Shown: positions 1 to 13,461 of the stretch, piece after piece
How the letters are laid out: the number at the start of each line of letters is the position of its first letter
Numbering within the stretch: the stretch's first letter is position 1
Source of the DNA: Octopus vulgaris
Taxonomy: Eukaryota
Reading direction: 5' to 3'
NCBI GenBank assembly: GCA_951406725.2
Contig: OX597829.1
Location: 51,026,001-51,090,000, forward strand
DNA length: 64,000 nucleotides
Position numbers and translations under genes: made by a program
The notes under the pieces: generated by a model
What the model was told of the DNA's origin: nothing
The model's database searches: none
The model's input: the letters and a program-made list of their open reading frames with translations, nothing else

Positions 1-955
1 AGTAGTGGAGGGTACTCTGAGAGCGTAGCAGTGAGAACAAGATTAGGCTGGGCAAAATTCAGAGAGCTCCTACCTCTGTTGGCAACAAAGGGCCTCTCTC
101 TCTTAAAATGAAAGGCAGATTGTATGATGTGTGTTAACAGCAATGCTACATGGCAGTGAAACATGGGCTGTGACTGCTGAGGATATGCATAGGCTTGAAA
201 GAAATGAAGCCAGTATGCTTTGCTGGATGTGCAATGTCAGTGTGCATGTTTGACAGAGCGTTAGCATTTTGAGAGAAAAGGTAGGCATAAGAGGTATCAG
301 ATGTGGTATGCAAGAAAGATGGCTGCATTGGTATGATCATATGATGCATATAGACGAGAACAGCTGTGTAAAGAAGTGCTGATCTCTAACTGTGGAGGAA
401 ACCTGTGGCAGAGGTAGACACAGGAAGACCTGGGACGAAGTGGTGAAGCTTGGTCTTCGAACTTTGAGCCTTACAGAGACAATGACTAATGACTGAGACC
501 TTTGGCAGTATGCTGTGCTTATGAAGACTCGTCAAGCCAAGTGAAGTTGGTGTCATGTAACTGGCATGCACACATGCCAGTGGCACATAAAAAAATACTG
601 CTGGAGCATTGGGCCTGACAGAGGCGAAGTGGCTAAGTTCCTTTCAAGCATTGGGCCTCACAGAGGCAATGACTAAGACCTTTGGCATCATGTCATGCTT
701 GAGAAGAAGACCCATCAAGGCAAGCAAAATCACAGTTGTGGTAGATACCAGTGTCACGCAAATGGCACCTGTGTCAGTGGCACATAAAAGCACCCATTTA
801 CACTCTTGGAGTGGTTGGCATCAGGATGGGCATCAGGCCATAGAAAACCATGCCAAATCAGACTGGAGTTTTCTGCAGCCTTCCAGTTTGCCGGCCCTGG
901 TCAAACTGTCCAACCCATGCCAGCATGGACAATTGACATTAAATGATAATGATGT
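1..955 (+). mobile_element. RTE-clade LINE 3' fragment (decayed ORF C-terminus plus 3'UTR)
   Basis: Translation gives SSGGYSESVAVRTRLGWAKFRELLPLL...MLHGSETWAVTAEDMHRLERNEASML..W, matching RTE motifs (LYGSETW), with stops and frameshifts. It ends in ccaacccatgccagcatgg and a (GAT)-like tail; the 3' part is partly re-duplicated at ~605-720. Confidence 0.85.
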
Positions 956-1089
956 ATATATATGTATGTATGGTGTTCCATTTTATGTGAATGTGTTCAC
1001 GTAACTCTTGTCTTGACCTTGCACCATAGTTGTAAAATGATTCTCCCTGTTATAAAAGCAGTGCTCTTCAATTCCAATCTTCCATGTAA

Positions 1090-1202
1090 ATAGACCGATA
1101 GAATAAGTACTAGGCTTACAAAGAATATGTCCTGGGGTCGATTTGTTCAACTAAAGGTTGTGCTCCAGCATGGCTGCAGTCAAATGACTGGAACAAATAA
1201 AA

Positions 1203-1250
<48 letters not shown>

Positions 1251-1482
1251 GTGTGTATGTGTGTGTGCTTGTCCCCTACCACTGCTTGACAGCTGGTGTT
1301 GGTTTGTTTATATCCCTGTAATGTAATGGTTTGGTAAAAGAGACAAATCGGATGGAATAAATACCAGGCTTTAAAAAATTAGGTGGTGGAGTGGGGGGTC
1401 AATTAATTTGACTAAAATAAAATCCTTCAAGGCAATGAATGACCCAGCATGACCACAGTGACTAAAACAAATAAAAAGATAA
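1090..1482 (+). mobile_element. SINE family A, two 3'-half fragments
   Basis: gaccgatagaataagtactaggcttacaaag...gtgctccagcatggctgcagtcaaatgactg, shared with more than 20 copies in the window. Confidence 0.8.
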
Positions 1483-1980
1483 AAATAGAATCTTGTATGA
1501 AAATTATTATTAATGATAATAATAATAATATTATCATTATTATTGTTGTTGTTATTATTATTATTAGTAGTAGTAGTAGTATTATTATTATTATTATTAT
1601 TATTACAGAGACAAAGTCAATGCACAAGGGAAAACTAAATCTTACATAATCAACAACAATAGCAGCAGAACTTTACCATTCCACTGACAATGGAATCAAT
1701 ACAAAGACGGAAATCATATACATTACTCTAAGCTGTTATGTTAAAATCATTCTTAACAACAAACAGTCTCTGACATTAGAATTTCAAGCTTGGATGGCAT
1801 AATTTATATCATAAAATCTGATCTCGCATACATTCATGCAATGTACTGTCATAGATACATTGATAAGTGGTTGAAAAATTTGTTTTGTAACCATGTGATT
1901 TGAGGGTTCAAACATCACTGCATGGCATCTTTAGCAGGTGCCTTCTATTGTAGCTTCAGGTTGACAATACCTTTTCAATG

Positions 1981-2282
1981 AAAGGCGGTGAGCTGGCGGA
2001 AACATTAGCACGCCTAGTGAAATGCTTAGCAGTATTTCCTCTGTCTTTACGTTCTGAGTTCCAATTCTGCCATGGTCGACTTTGCCTTTCATCCTTTCGG
2101 GATTGATAAATTAAGTACCAGTTGCATTATGGGATTGATGTAACCGTCAGGCCCCCTACTCCAAAATTTCGGGCTTTGTGCCGAGAGAAGAAAAGAATAT
2201 TTTTTTTATCCGCTGAGGTTGACTTTGCCTTTCGTCCTTTCATGGTCGATAAATTTCGGACCTTGAGCCTGAGAGTAGAAAA
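1981..2282 (+). mobile_element. SINE family B inserted into an old SINE A head
   Basis: aaggcggtgagctggc head and gtcgactttgcctttcatcctttcgg core; 14-bp TSD aataccttttcaat at 1966-1979 and 2283-2296. Confidence 0.8.
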
Positions 2283-2332
2283 AATACCTTTTCAATAAAA
2301 CTGGGTAACAAAGAAACTGTACAGAAGCCCAT

Positions 2333-2375
<43 letters not shown>

Positions 2376-2382
2376 TTTTATC

Positions 2383-2632
2383 TTTTATCTTTTCCTTGTT
2401 TCAACCATTAGACTGTGGCCATGCTGGAGCATCACCTTCAGGAATTCTTAGGCAAATGAATAGACTTCAGTACATACTTAACTATATTTTTTTTTTACCA
2501 AGCCTAGTACATAGTCCATCAATATTTTTTGCTGAACTGCTAAGTTATGGGGACATAAACACACCAGCACCAGATGTCAAGCGGTAGTAGAGGACAAACA
2601 CAGTCTCAAAGGCACACACACATAGATATATA

Positions 2633-2667
<35 letters not shown>

Positions 2668-2822
2668 CGGGATTCTTTCAGTTTCCGTCTACCAAATCCA
2701 CTCACAAGGCTCTGGTCAGCCTGAAGCTATAGTAGAAGACACTTGCCCAAGGTGACACACAGTAGGACTGAAATCGGCACCATGTAGCTCAGAAACAAGC
2801 TTCTTACCACAGAGCCACTCCT
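2383..2822 (-). mobile_element. SINE family A (tRNA-derived, internal microsatellite)
   Basis: The minus strand starts ggagtggctctgtggtaag (box A-like) and has the family body and 3' tail. Confidence 0.85.
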
Positions 2823-2872
2823 ATATATATATATATACATATATATGTACACACACACATATGTATGTATAC

Positions 2873-4085
2873 ATCATCATCCTTATCACTTAACACCCTT
2901 GCCCCATACTGACATGAATTGGTCAGTTTGAGGAGGACCCAATGAATCCAAACATTGCTTCATTCTCCAGCGTCTTCTTTGACAAGGTTTCTACAGCTCA
3001 ATGCTCTTTCCAACGCCACCCACTTTTCAACAGAAAGGTGTACAGACCTTGTCAGGGTGCTGGTAAAGTGACGCTCGCAACAATCACGCTCGAATGGTGC
3101 TTTTCACATGTCATCAGCATTGGAGCCAATCTGAGGCCCCTGGCAACAATCACACTCGGATGTGCTTTTAATGTTCCACTGGCATGAGTGGCAATTAGGC
3201 GGTACTGTGATCGGTCACGTCAGCGATTTTGGTTTGTTTACACTTGCTTCAATAGATCTCTGCAAGCAAAGTTCATTGTCCAATGAATGAGGGGTACTCA
3301 TTAGTGGGCCGGTTACACCCCACGTTCAGATGTGCTTTTAACGTTCCACTGGCACAAGTGCCAATTAGGCAGTACTGTCATCGTCCACATCAGCAATTTT
3401 GATTTCACACTTGCCTCAATAGGTCTTCACAAACAAGATTTATTGTCCATTGAATGAGGGGTTTTCATAAATGGGTTGGTTACACCCACTGGCATAGGCC
3501 ATGGGCTATGGTCTCACTTGGCTTGTCGGGTCTTCTCAAGCACAGCATATCTCCAAAGGTCCCGGTCACTAGTCATTGCCTCAGTAAGGCCCAATGTTTG
3601 AAGGTCGTGCTTCACCACCTCATCCCAAGTTTTCCTGGGTCTACCTCTTCTACAGGTTCCCTCGACTGCTAGGGTGTGACACAGCTGTCCTCATTCATTC
3701 GCAACACATGACCATACCGGCGCAGTCGTCTCTCTAGCACGCCACATCTGATGCTTCTTAAATCCAACTTTTCTCTCAGGGCACTTACACTGTCGTGTAT
3801 GCACACTGACATTACACATCCAGCGGAGCATACTGGTTTCATTCCTTGCAAGCTTACGCATGTCTTCAGCAGTCACAGCCCATGTTTCACTGCCATGTAG
3901 CATGGCTGTTCACACACGTGTCGTACAGTCTACCTTTTACTCAGAGTGAGAGGCCCTTTGTCACCAGCAGAGGTAAGAGCTCTCTGAACTTTACCCAGGC
4001 TATTCTTATTCTAGCAGCTACTCTATCAGAGCATCCACCCCTGCTACTGACTTTGTCCCCTAGGTAACGGAAGCTATCAACTACT
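2873..4085 (-). mobile_element. RTE-clade LINE 3' fragment, same family as 1-955
   Basis: Minus-strand peptides MLHGSETWAVTAEDMRKLARNETSMLRWMCNVSV and ALREKLDLRSIRCGVLERRLRRYGHVLRMNEDSCV; frameshifted; (GAT) tail at ~2873. Confidence 0.85.
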
Positions 4086-4187
4086 GGTACCGGGTCTACC
4101 CACAGTGATTTTCAACTTAATATTTACATGTTGTTATTTATAGCTATATTTATGTGTGTGTGTATCAATTTAAACGTATAGCCAAAA

Positions 4188-4229
4188 GAGCTACTAATAG
4201 TTTCATACTATTATGATACTTGAACAGGC
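4188..4229 (-). ncRNA. Decayed hammerhead-ribozyme-like motif
   Basis: Minus strand: GC CTGTTCA A GTAT-cataata-GTAT GAAA C-TATTA-GTA GC. Helix III is palindromic (ACTA.T.TAGT); the core differs from CUGANGA at two positions. Confidence 0.35.
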
Positions 4230-4478
4230 AGTGGCACGTAAAAAGCACCATCCGACCATGGCCATTTGCCAGCCCCGTCTGGCAGCTGTACCGGTGGCAC
4301 GTAAAAAGCACCCACTACACTCGCGGAGTGGTTGGCATTAGGAAGGGCATCCAGCTGTAGAAACATTGCCAGATCAGACTGGGCCTGGTGCAGCCTTCTG
4401 GCTTCCCAGACCCCGGTTGAACCGTCCAACCCATGCTAGCATGGAAAGCGGACGCTAAATGATGATGATGACGATGAC
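4228..4478 (+). mobile_element. RTE 3'UTR fragment or RTE-tail SINE
   Basis: ggcacgtaaaaagcac repeats, ggaagggcatccagctgtagaaac, palindrome ccatgctagcatgg and (GAT)n tail. Confidence 0.8.
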
Positions 4479-4537
4479 GCCATGCATTTTAAAGCAATCT
4501 TTCAGGCTCTGCATATGCATCATAAATAAATAAATAA

Positions 4538-4777
4538 ATGTATGTATGTGTGTGTGTATGTATGTGTGTGTGTGTATGTGTGTATGTGTGTATGCATGTG
4601 TGTATGTATGCGTGTATGTATGTATGTGTGTATGCATGTGTGTATGTATGTGTGTATGTGTGTGTGTATGTATGTATGCATGTATGTATGCGTGTATGTA
4701 TGTATGTATGTGTGTATGTATGTATGTGTGTATGTATGTATGTGTGTGTACGTATGTACGATTGTGTGTGTGTGTAT
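4538..4777. repeat. (TG)n/(TATG)n compound microsatellite
   Basis: Seen directly. Confidence 0.95.
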
Positions 4778-5195
4778 GATGGGCTTCCACAGGGTTTCTT
4801 TCTACAAAGTTCACATTTGCAAAATCTCTATGTATTAAGCTAAATGTTTTGTTACATAACTAACTTTCTTCCATACAATGATATATTTGTTATAAAACTA
4901 TCTTTGCGATATATACATCTAGCCATATATATCTTTGTTAAATAACTTCAGTCATGTTTACACACACAATAACTCGCACACGCATCTTTATTACATATCC
5001 ATATATTTTGTTATATAACTATGTTTTCTTAGTAGAGATCTATATTTGCTATTTAAATATCTGTGCTGTATTGATTTGTCTTATAGATCTGTTTGCTATA
5101 TAGGTCAATATGAAATTCAATGTTATAGAATATCCAATTCTTTTCATTTGAGAGCTTTGCTTCTCTTGGTGAAACTCGCAGAAACCCTCTTTCTT

Positions 5196-5242
<47 letters not shown>

Positions 5243-5537
5243 GTGTGTGTGTGCATGTATGTCTTTCTGAAAATGTATATTTAGTGTAAACTACAGACGA
5301 TTTTTGTAAATAAACTATATCTACACTCACTAAGCTTAAAAAATTATCCATAATCAACATCAATTTGGATGCAGTTTCTTGGTTAGTTACGTATTTTTCT
5401 ATGTTGAATGTCATCATCATCATCACCATTATCATCATATTACATCCATTTTTACCATGATTGCATATGTATGGGCAGGTTTCATTGCATCTCACCTCCT
5501 GACACAGCCCCTTGTCCTGTGGTACATGTGGTACATC

Positions 5538-5943
5538 AAGGCGGCGAGCTGGCAGAAACGTTAGCACGCCGGGCGAAATGCTTAGCGGTATTTCGTCTGC
5601 CGTTACGTTGTGAGTTCAAATTCCGCCGAGGTCGACTTTACCTTTCATCCTTTCAGGGTCGATAAATTAAGTACCAGTTACACACTGGGGTCGATGTAAT
5701 CGACTTAATACCTATGTCTGTCCTTGTTTGTCCCCTCTGTGTTTAGCCCCTTGTGGGTAATAAAGAAATAGGTATTTCGTCTGCCGTTACGATGTGAGTT
5801 CAAATTCCGCCGAGGTCGACTTTACCTTTCATCCTTTCAGGGTCGATAAATTAAGTACCAGTTACGCACTGGGGTCGATGTAATCGACTTAATACCTATG
5901 TCTGTCCTTCTATGTTTAGCCCCTTGTGGGTAATAAAGAAATG
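5538..5943 (+). mobile_element. SINE family B, head-to-tail dimer
   Basis: Full copy 5538-5770 followed by a second copy starting at the internal ggtatttcgtctgcc; flanked by ggtacatgtggta at 5521 and 5944. Confidence 0.9.
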
Positions 5944-6484
5944 GGTACATGTGGTAAGAGAAAAACATCATCAATCTCTACTGTGTTGTCTTTAGGGTGG
6001 ATTTTTTGGGCATTATTTTCTTTTTTAACAGTTTATACATTTCCTATCACCGACCACTTTACAACATAAAGTAGAGGTGAATTTTATTTTGTCTTTGGTA
6101 CTAAAGAAATCTGCAATGGAACTAAAAATCCTTCTTTGCTCTATATTCAGAGTAATTGCTCTTCTTAATGCCTGCATTGCAGCTTCCTGACTCCACATCT
6201 TCAGTTGTTCTTATCTATATTTCAGCATGTTTTTTGTTTTTTTAAATCTTTTGTTTTAACAACTGGATGCCCTTCCTATCACCATTGGCAAAATTACAGT
6301 GCAGAATCAGTGTACTTTATCAAGACGTAGATGCTTCATCTCTATTGCAACACTGAGAAATTCCACGTAGAATACTCAACGTATGTAAAATTTGTATAAC
6401 AAATTCTGTGTGGCAGGAAAAGGAAGTGATTTTTATTAATTGTTGATGATGATGAAATTACTCTAACAACTTAACAACTTATAC

Positions 6485-6835
6485 TTTTTAAACCTAGTAC
6501 TTATTCTATTGGTCTCTTTTGCCGAACCACTAAGTTACGAGACATAAACACACAATCGGTTGTCAAGTGATGGTGGTGGGGGGACAAACAGAGACTCAAA
6601 GATGACACACACACACATAAATACATACATCATCATCATCATCATCGTTTAACGTCCATTTTCCATGCTAGCATGGGTTGGACGGTTCGACCGGGGTCTA
6701 CATACGACAGGCTTCTTTCAGTTTCCATCTACCAAATCCACTCACAAGGCTTTGGTTGAACTAAGGCTATAGTAGAAGACACTTGCCCAAGGTACTATGT
6801 AGTGTGACTAAACCCCAAACCATGTGGTTGGGAAA
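6485..6835 (-). mobile_element. SINE A with a short RTE tail (6628-6698) inserted in its microsatellite
   Basis: The SINE A halves flank catcatcatc...ccatgctagcatggg...ggggtc, with tacatac on both sides. Confidence 0.8.
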
Positions 6836-6894
6836 AACAAAATACCTTACAAAATACATTTGCCCACTATTCCTGGGGGGGTGGGACTAGAATC

Positions 6895-7060
6895 TTCAGT
6901 CACATCCTCCATAGGATCCAATCAAAAATAACCATCATTAGACTTTCCCGCTCTTTCTTTAAACATGACCCACTGAGACTATAGATATCATCCAACCATT
7001 CCATTCCTGGTCTACCCCTAGGTCTTCTGTTGGTTGGCTCAGCTTGAAGACTCCATCTTC
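6895..7060 (-). pseudogene. Old RTE-like LINE ORF C-terminal remnant
   Basis: QAEPTNRRPRGRPGMEWLDDI...DWILWR resembles the RTE C-terminal R-x-RGRP-x-x-x-W-x-D motif. Confidence 0.55.
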
Positions 7061-7061
7061 C

Positions 7062-7270
7062 AATTCTTTTTTGCTCTAGGCACAAGGCCCAAAATTTTGG
7101 GGGTAGTGGGCCAGTCAAGTACATTGACCACAGTATGCAACTGGTACTTAATTTATTGACCCTGAAAGGATGAATGGTAAAGTCAACCTTGGCGGAATTT
7201 GAACTCAGAAAGTAAAGACAGACAAAATACTGCTAAGTATTTCGGCGTGTTAATGATTCTGCCAGCTTCT
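7062..7270 (-). mobile_element. SINE family B (diverged)
   Basis: ctggtacttaatttattgaccctgaaaggatga core. Confidence 0.75.
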
Positions 7271-7319
7271 TGTAATATTCTAATCACATGTCCAAAGTAC
7301 CAGAACTGTGGATGGATGG

Positions 7320-7351
<32 letters not shown>

Positions 7352-7402
7352 CTGCATATATTGACATATATATATATATATATGTATATATATGTATATA
7401 TG

Positions 7403-7433
<31 letters not shown>

Positions 7434-7448
7434 GTATATATATATATG

Positions 7449-7533
<85 letters not shown>

Positions 7534-7540
7534 ATATGTG

Positions 7541-7592
<52 letters not shown>
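7320..7592. repeat. (TA)n microsatellite
   Basis: Seen directly. Confidence 0.95.
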
Positions 7593-7595
<3 letters not shown>

Positions 7596-8295
7596 TCTTT
7601 TACTTGTTTCAGTCATTTGACTGCAGCCATGCGCCACCTTTAGTCAATCAAATTGACCCCAGGACTTAATCTTTGTAAGCCTAGTACTTATGCTATCGGT
7701 CACTTTTGCCGAACCGCTAAGTTATGGGGATGTAAACAAACCACCATCAGTTGTCAAGCGATGTTGGGGGGACAAACACATACATACATATATATATATA
7801 TATATATGTATGTGAAGGCGCATGGCTCAGTGGTTAGAGCGTCGAGGTTGTGAGCTCGAATCCCGGACCGGGCTGCGTGTTGTGTTCTTGAGCTAGGCAC
7901 TTTATTTCACATTGCTCCAGTTCACTCTGCTGTAGGAATGAGTTGCGACGTCACTGGTGCCAAGCTGTATCGACCTTTGTCTTTCCCTTGGATAACACTG
8001 GTGGCGTGGAGAGGGGAGGTTGGCATGCATGGGCGACTGTTGGTCTTCCATAAACAACCTCGCCCGGACTTGTGTCTAGGAGGGTAACTTTCTAGGTGCA
8101 ATCCCATGGTCTGTGTCTATATATATATATATATGATGGGCTTCTTTCAGTTTCTGTCTATCAAATCCACTCACAAGGCTTTGGTTGGCCTAAGGCAATT
8201 GTAGAAGACACTTGCCCAAGGTGCCATGCAGTGGGACTGAACCCAGAATCATGTGGTTGGTAAGCTAGCTACTTACCACACAGCCACTCCTGCTC
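7593..8295 (-). mobile_element. SINE family A split by a nested SINE D
   Basis: 3' half at 7593-7780 and 5' half at 8133-8295. Confidence 0.85.
7812..8112 (+). mobile_element. SINE family D (tRNA-derived)
   Basis: Box A tggctcagtgg and box B-like gctcgaatcc, followed by a gtgttcttgagctaggcacttta core and a distinct tail. Confidence 0.75.
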
Positions 8296-8299
8296 TTAC

Positions 8300-8330
<31 letters not shown>

Positions 8331-8962
8331 TATACAAATATATATATACACAAACACATATATACACACATACACATATATATTTACACACACACACACA
8401 CACACATATATTGTATATAATGTGGTTTCAAGTCGAATGGTAGTGAAACAGTAGAGCAGCCAGTATTATATTCCTGCTAATATTAATATATTCTTCCTTG
8501 TTTGTTTGTTTGTTTTTTGTGTGTGTGTGTGTGTATGTGTCTGTTTTTGTACATATGTGTGTATTTGGTTGTAATTTTGTAATATATTTGGGGAAAAAAA
8601 AACAAAAAAATTGTGACAATGTTTCAGCTATATATTCGTGATGGGATGGTAATTATGTCAAAAATCAAGATACTGGGCACCACACACACATATTTTTATT
8701 TATTTTTTGTCTCTCATTTCTTTCAATCAATGGACTGTATCCATGCCGGGGACAGCCCTCTGCAGGAATTTACTTAAAGCAGGTCAAAGGTACTACTTAT
8801 CTGTTTAAGGCTGGTATATGTATTCTATTGGTCCCCTATTTGCCAAAATGCTACATTACAGCAGACATAAACAAACCAACACCAGATGTCAGATAGCAAT
8901 GAGGAGGCAAACACAAAGACAAACACATGCACACAGACACATATACACACACACACACACTA

Positions 8963-9031
<69 letters not shown>

Positions 9032-9260
9032 ATAAAGAATGTTATGTGTGAGAGATGAATATATTTATATCCCCAATTGATATCCAAACAGCTTTCCTCA
9101 TGCAAAAGTAATTTCCCTGATTGGATCTACTGGATTTCAGCTGTACAGGACTCTACATTTCACTCCTCCATGTTAGATTACTACGTGGTTTGGTAGCCAG
9201 ATACTCTGGAGGAGCTTTCTTGTGATTGTCCTATGATTCTTATACATCCATACATATGTA

Positions 9261-9291
<31 letters not shown>

Positions 9292-9292
<1 letters not shown>

Positions 9293-10070
9293 CTCTTTTA
9301 CTTGTTTCAGTCATTTGACTGCGGCCATGCTGGAGCACCGCCTTTAGTCGAGCAAATCGACCCTGGGACTTATTCTTTGTAAGCCCAGTACTTATTCTAT
9401 CGGTCAATTTTGCCGAACCGCTAAGTGACGGTTGTCAAGCAATGCTAGGGGGACAAACACATACACATATATATATACATATATACGACAGGCTTCTTTC
9501 GGTTTCCGTCTACCAAATCCACTCACAAGGCATTGGTCGGCCTAAGGCTATAGCAGAAGACACTTGCCCAAGATGCCATGCAGTGGGACTGAATCCAGAA
9601 CCATGTGGTTGATTAGCAAGCTACTTACCACACAGCCACTCCTGCGCCTTTGGATATATATATATCCAAAACATCTCAACATATTCTTTTATTCGTTCCT
9701 GTCATTTGACTGCAGCCATGCTGTAGCACCATCTTACAGGGTTTTGTAGTCGAAGAAATTAGTCCCAGGACTTATTCTTTTTAAACCTAGTACTTATTCT
9801 ATCGGTCTCTTTTGCCAAACTGCTAAGTTACAGGGAACATAAACACACCAACATCGGTTGTCAAGCAGTAGTGGAGAGATAAACACAGACAAAGACATGC
9901 AGACATAAATATATATACAACGGGCTTCTTTCAGTTTCCTCCTACCAAATCCACTCACAAGGCTTTGCTTGGCCTGAGGCTCTATTAGAAGGCACTTGCC
10001 CAAGGTGCTACACAGCGGGACTGAACCTAGAATCATGTGGTTGAAAAGGAAACTTCTTGCCACACAGTCA
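9292..10070 (-). mobile_element. Two tandem SINE A copies (9292-9648, 9690-10070)
   Basis: Family consensus seen twice. Confidence 0.85.
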
Positions 10071-10175
10071 CATTATATCAGAGCCTTTAAAGACGACACT
10101 TCTATTGGCTTTCAGCCATCAAAGGACTAAGCCACCCCCAAATTTATGAAAGGAGCTTCAACAATGATGTATAAG

Positions 10176-10343
10176 CAGGACTAGCTTGAGGTACTGGCAA
10201 CTCAGGAAGGCACTTGGGGCACCATGTTCTTGGGGGTGCCATGGAAGGAATGACAAAGGCAAGGAAACTTCCATGAGACTATCAGCTGGCGCACAGCGGA
10301 GTTCAGCTTGCCCAGGGTGCCAGCAACCCTAAAGCCAGCCCTG
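10176..10343. mobile_element. hAT-type MITE
   Basis: Imperfect TIRs caggactagctt / aagccagccctg; 8-bp flanks tgtataag and tgtgtagg (6/8 match). Confidence 0.55.
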
Positions 10344-10521
10344 TGTGTAGGTATGGCTCTGTGGTTAATGAGTTTGTTTCACACCCATGTAGTTCCAGGT
10401 TCAATCCTATTCTTGGCACCTTGGACAGATGCCTTCTATTATAGCATGAAGTTGACCAATAAATACCTGGTGAGTGAGCTTCGTCAGCAGAAATTTAATG
10501 GATGGAAGCACACCTTGTATG

Positions 10522-10557
<36 letters not shown>

Positions 10558-10596
10558 TGTGCACGCGTGTGCGTTGCCATTTCACTGCTTAATCTG

Positions 10597-10641
<45 letters not shown>

Positions 10642-10751
10642 TATGTATGTGCAGGTATGAGTATGTCTGTGTATACATACACACACCATTGTGAGAGCAA
10701 GGAAGAGCAGATGTTAAAATGATAACGATTATGATATACGGATGTAAATTG

Positions 10752-10777
10752 ACAGACAGACAGACAGATAGATAGAC

Positions 10778-10812
<35 letters not shown>

Positions 10813-10816
10813 CAGA

Positions 10817-10877
<61 letters not shown>

Positions 10878-10963
10878 GATAGATAGATAGATAATTAGAT
10901 AGATGGATGGATAGATAGATAGATAGATAAGTAGATAGATGGATAGATAAGTAGATAGATAAG

Positions 10964-11043
<80 letters not shown>

Positions 11044-11058
11044 CAGATGGATGGATGG
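10752..11058. repeat. (GATA)n microsatellite
   Basis: Seen directly. Confidence 0.95.
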
Positions 11059-11882
11059 GTATACATACGTATGCATTTATGTATAACTGCAAATAAACAC
11101 GAGTTTTTTTATTCACACACGCTTATGAATGTTGCGTTATGCATGCATGATGTCAATATATATTTGCAATGCATCATACAATGTAATTCACACATGTGTG
11201 TGTGGCTGAAATACGCTGTTACACCACAAAAGATAGTCACAGAATCGTTTGGTACTTGTGTGAGTGTGCAAGTTGTATATAAATTACTAATTTACTCTCA
11301 AGGACTGAACTTTTCTATCAGCCCGCCTTCTTCCCCGTCACGTTGACACGCGCTCTCTCACTCTCTCTCTCTCTCTCTCTCACTCTCTCCTACCTCTCTA
11401 CCTCTCTCACTGTGTTTCTTTTCCCATCACTTATACCACACCCTCCTTCTCTCTGCACCTCAGTTTCTCACTTACACACACACACTCTTCCTTTCTGTTT
11501 CTGTGTAAGCGCGTGTATATATCTCTTTCTCTGTCTCTCTCTGTCTCTCTCTCTCTGGTCTTTCTCCCTCTCTTTCTCTTTCCTCTCTTTCTCTTTATGT
11601 CTCTGTCTCTTTTTTTTCTCTCTCTCTCTGCCTTTTTCTGTCACTCTCTCTTCCTCTATTTCACCACCACTGTCAACAAAACCGACTGGTATCTGACATT
11701 GCTTTTCCTCCTCTTCTTCTTCCTCCTCCTCTTTTTTTTTTTTTTGTTTTTTTCCAAATCTTTTTCTCATCCTCTTCAGCCTCTCTCCTCCTCTCCCATA
11801 CCTATTCTCCCCTCCTCCCCCCCTACCACACCCCATCGTTGCCAACACCAATCTATTGGTATACTGCAAATAAATAAATGAA

Positions 11883-11922
<40 letters not shown>

Positions 11923-11968
11923 CTATTTTGTTCAACATAAAATTTCTTCTCATCCACATATTAACCAG

Positions 11969-11969
<1 letters not shown>

Positions 11970-11999
<30 letters not shown>

Positions 12000-12111
12000 T
12001 AGCTGCAGTAACAGTAGTAGTAGTAGTAGTAGCAGCAGCAGCAGTAGTAGTAGTAGTAACAGTAGTAGTAGTAGTAATAGTAGTCACAGTAGTAGTAGTA
12101 GTAGTAGTAAC

Positions 12112-12169
<58 letters not shown>

Positions 12170-12174
12170 ATAAC

Positions 12175-12205
<31 letters not shown>

Positions 12206-12207
12206 AC

Positions 12208-12241
<34 letters not shown>

Positions 12242-12287
12242 ACAGTAGTAGTAGTAGTAGTAGCAGCAGCAGCAGCAGCAGTAGTAA
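11970..12287. repeat. (CTA)n followed by (TAG)n triplet array
   Basis: Seen directly. Confidence 0.95.
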
Positions 12288-12372
12288 CGTTAGCTATACT
12301 TGCACTGCTAAAACGAAAATATTACTACAATCGTTACTACAAGCTATCATTTTCATGTTTGTGTTGTAACAT

Positions 12373-12411
<39 letters not shown>

Positions 12412-12961
12412 CACACATATATATATATATATATATATACATATGCATATGCGTGTGCATATGCATATGCATGCATGCATGTGTGTCTATGTTGTGTGTA
12501 TATAATATGTTACTTCATTCTGGCAACTACCACCATCAAAACAACAACACCATCCAACAACAACAGCAACAACAAAAACAACAACGTCGATACCAACAAC
12601 AGTTTTTACTATAGTACTACAACTACTATTACAAAGCGGGCGGCGCTACCAATCATAGTACCGATGCTATTACTACCGCCATCAGCACAAACTACCACCA
12701 CCACCACCACCACTACCACCACCGCCGCCGCCGCCGCTGCCACCACCACCATCGCCGCCGACAACAACACCATTCCTATAAGTGCTAACACTAGTAGTAC
12801 CATTTACTTGTGTCATCACCAGAACGTCTTTTGTGAAGCATTTTTCAAAAGTGTAAGAAAATAATAATAATGCTGCTACCTCCGCTTCTATTATTATCAC
12901 TTCTCAGACATCATTTATTCAGGTATGCATTGTTTATCAATTCTTCCCAATGAATATATAT

Positions 12962-12967
<6 letters not shown>

Positions 12968-13007
<40 letters not shown>

Positions 13008-13037
13008 TATATGTATGGTAATGTATCTATGTCTATG

Positions 13038-13099
<62 letters not shown>

Positions 13100-13127
13100 T
13101 TTGTATGTAGTAATGTATCTATGTCTA

Positions 13128-13162
<35 letters not shown>

Positions 13163-13215
13163 TTTGTATGTAGTAATGTGTCTATGTCTATGCATATATA
13201 TATATATATATATAT
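12968..13215. repeat. Three tandem copies of (TA)n + atggtWtRtatgt..aatgtRtctatgtctatg
   Basis: Unit seen at ~13004, ~13096 and ~13159. Confidence 0.85.
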
Positions 13216-13354
13216 GAATCTGTATTAACATAAACATACGCATACATACATATGTGTGCGTATATATTTATATTTATGTATGTAATAGATATATGGGATA
13301 TAAATATATGCAAGCACACATATGCATATATATATATATATATATGTGCGTGCA

Positions 13355-13392
<38 letters not shown>

Positions 13393-13399
13393 CTATATC

Positions 13400-13461
<62 letters not shown>

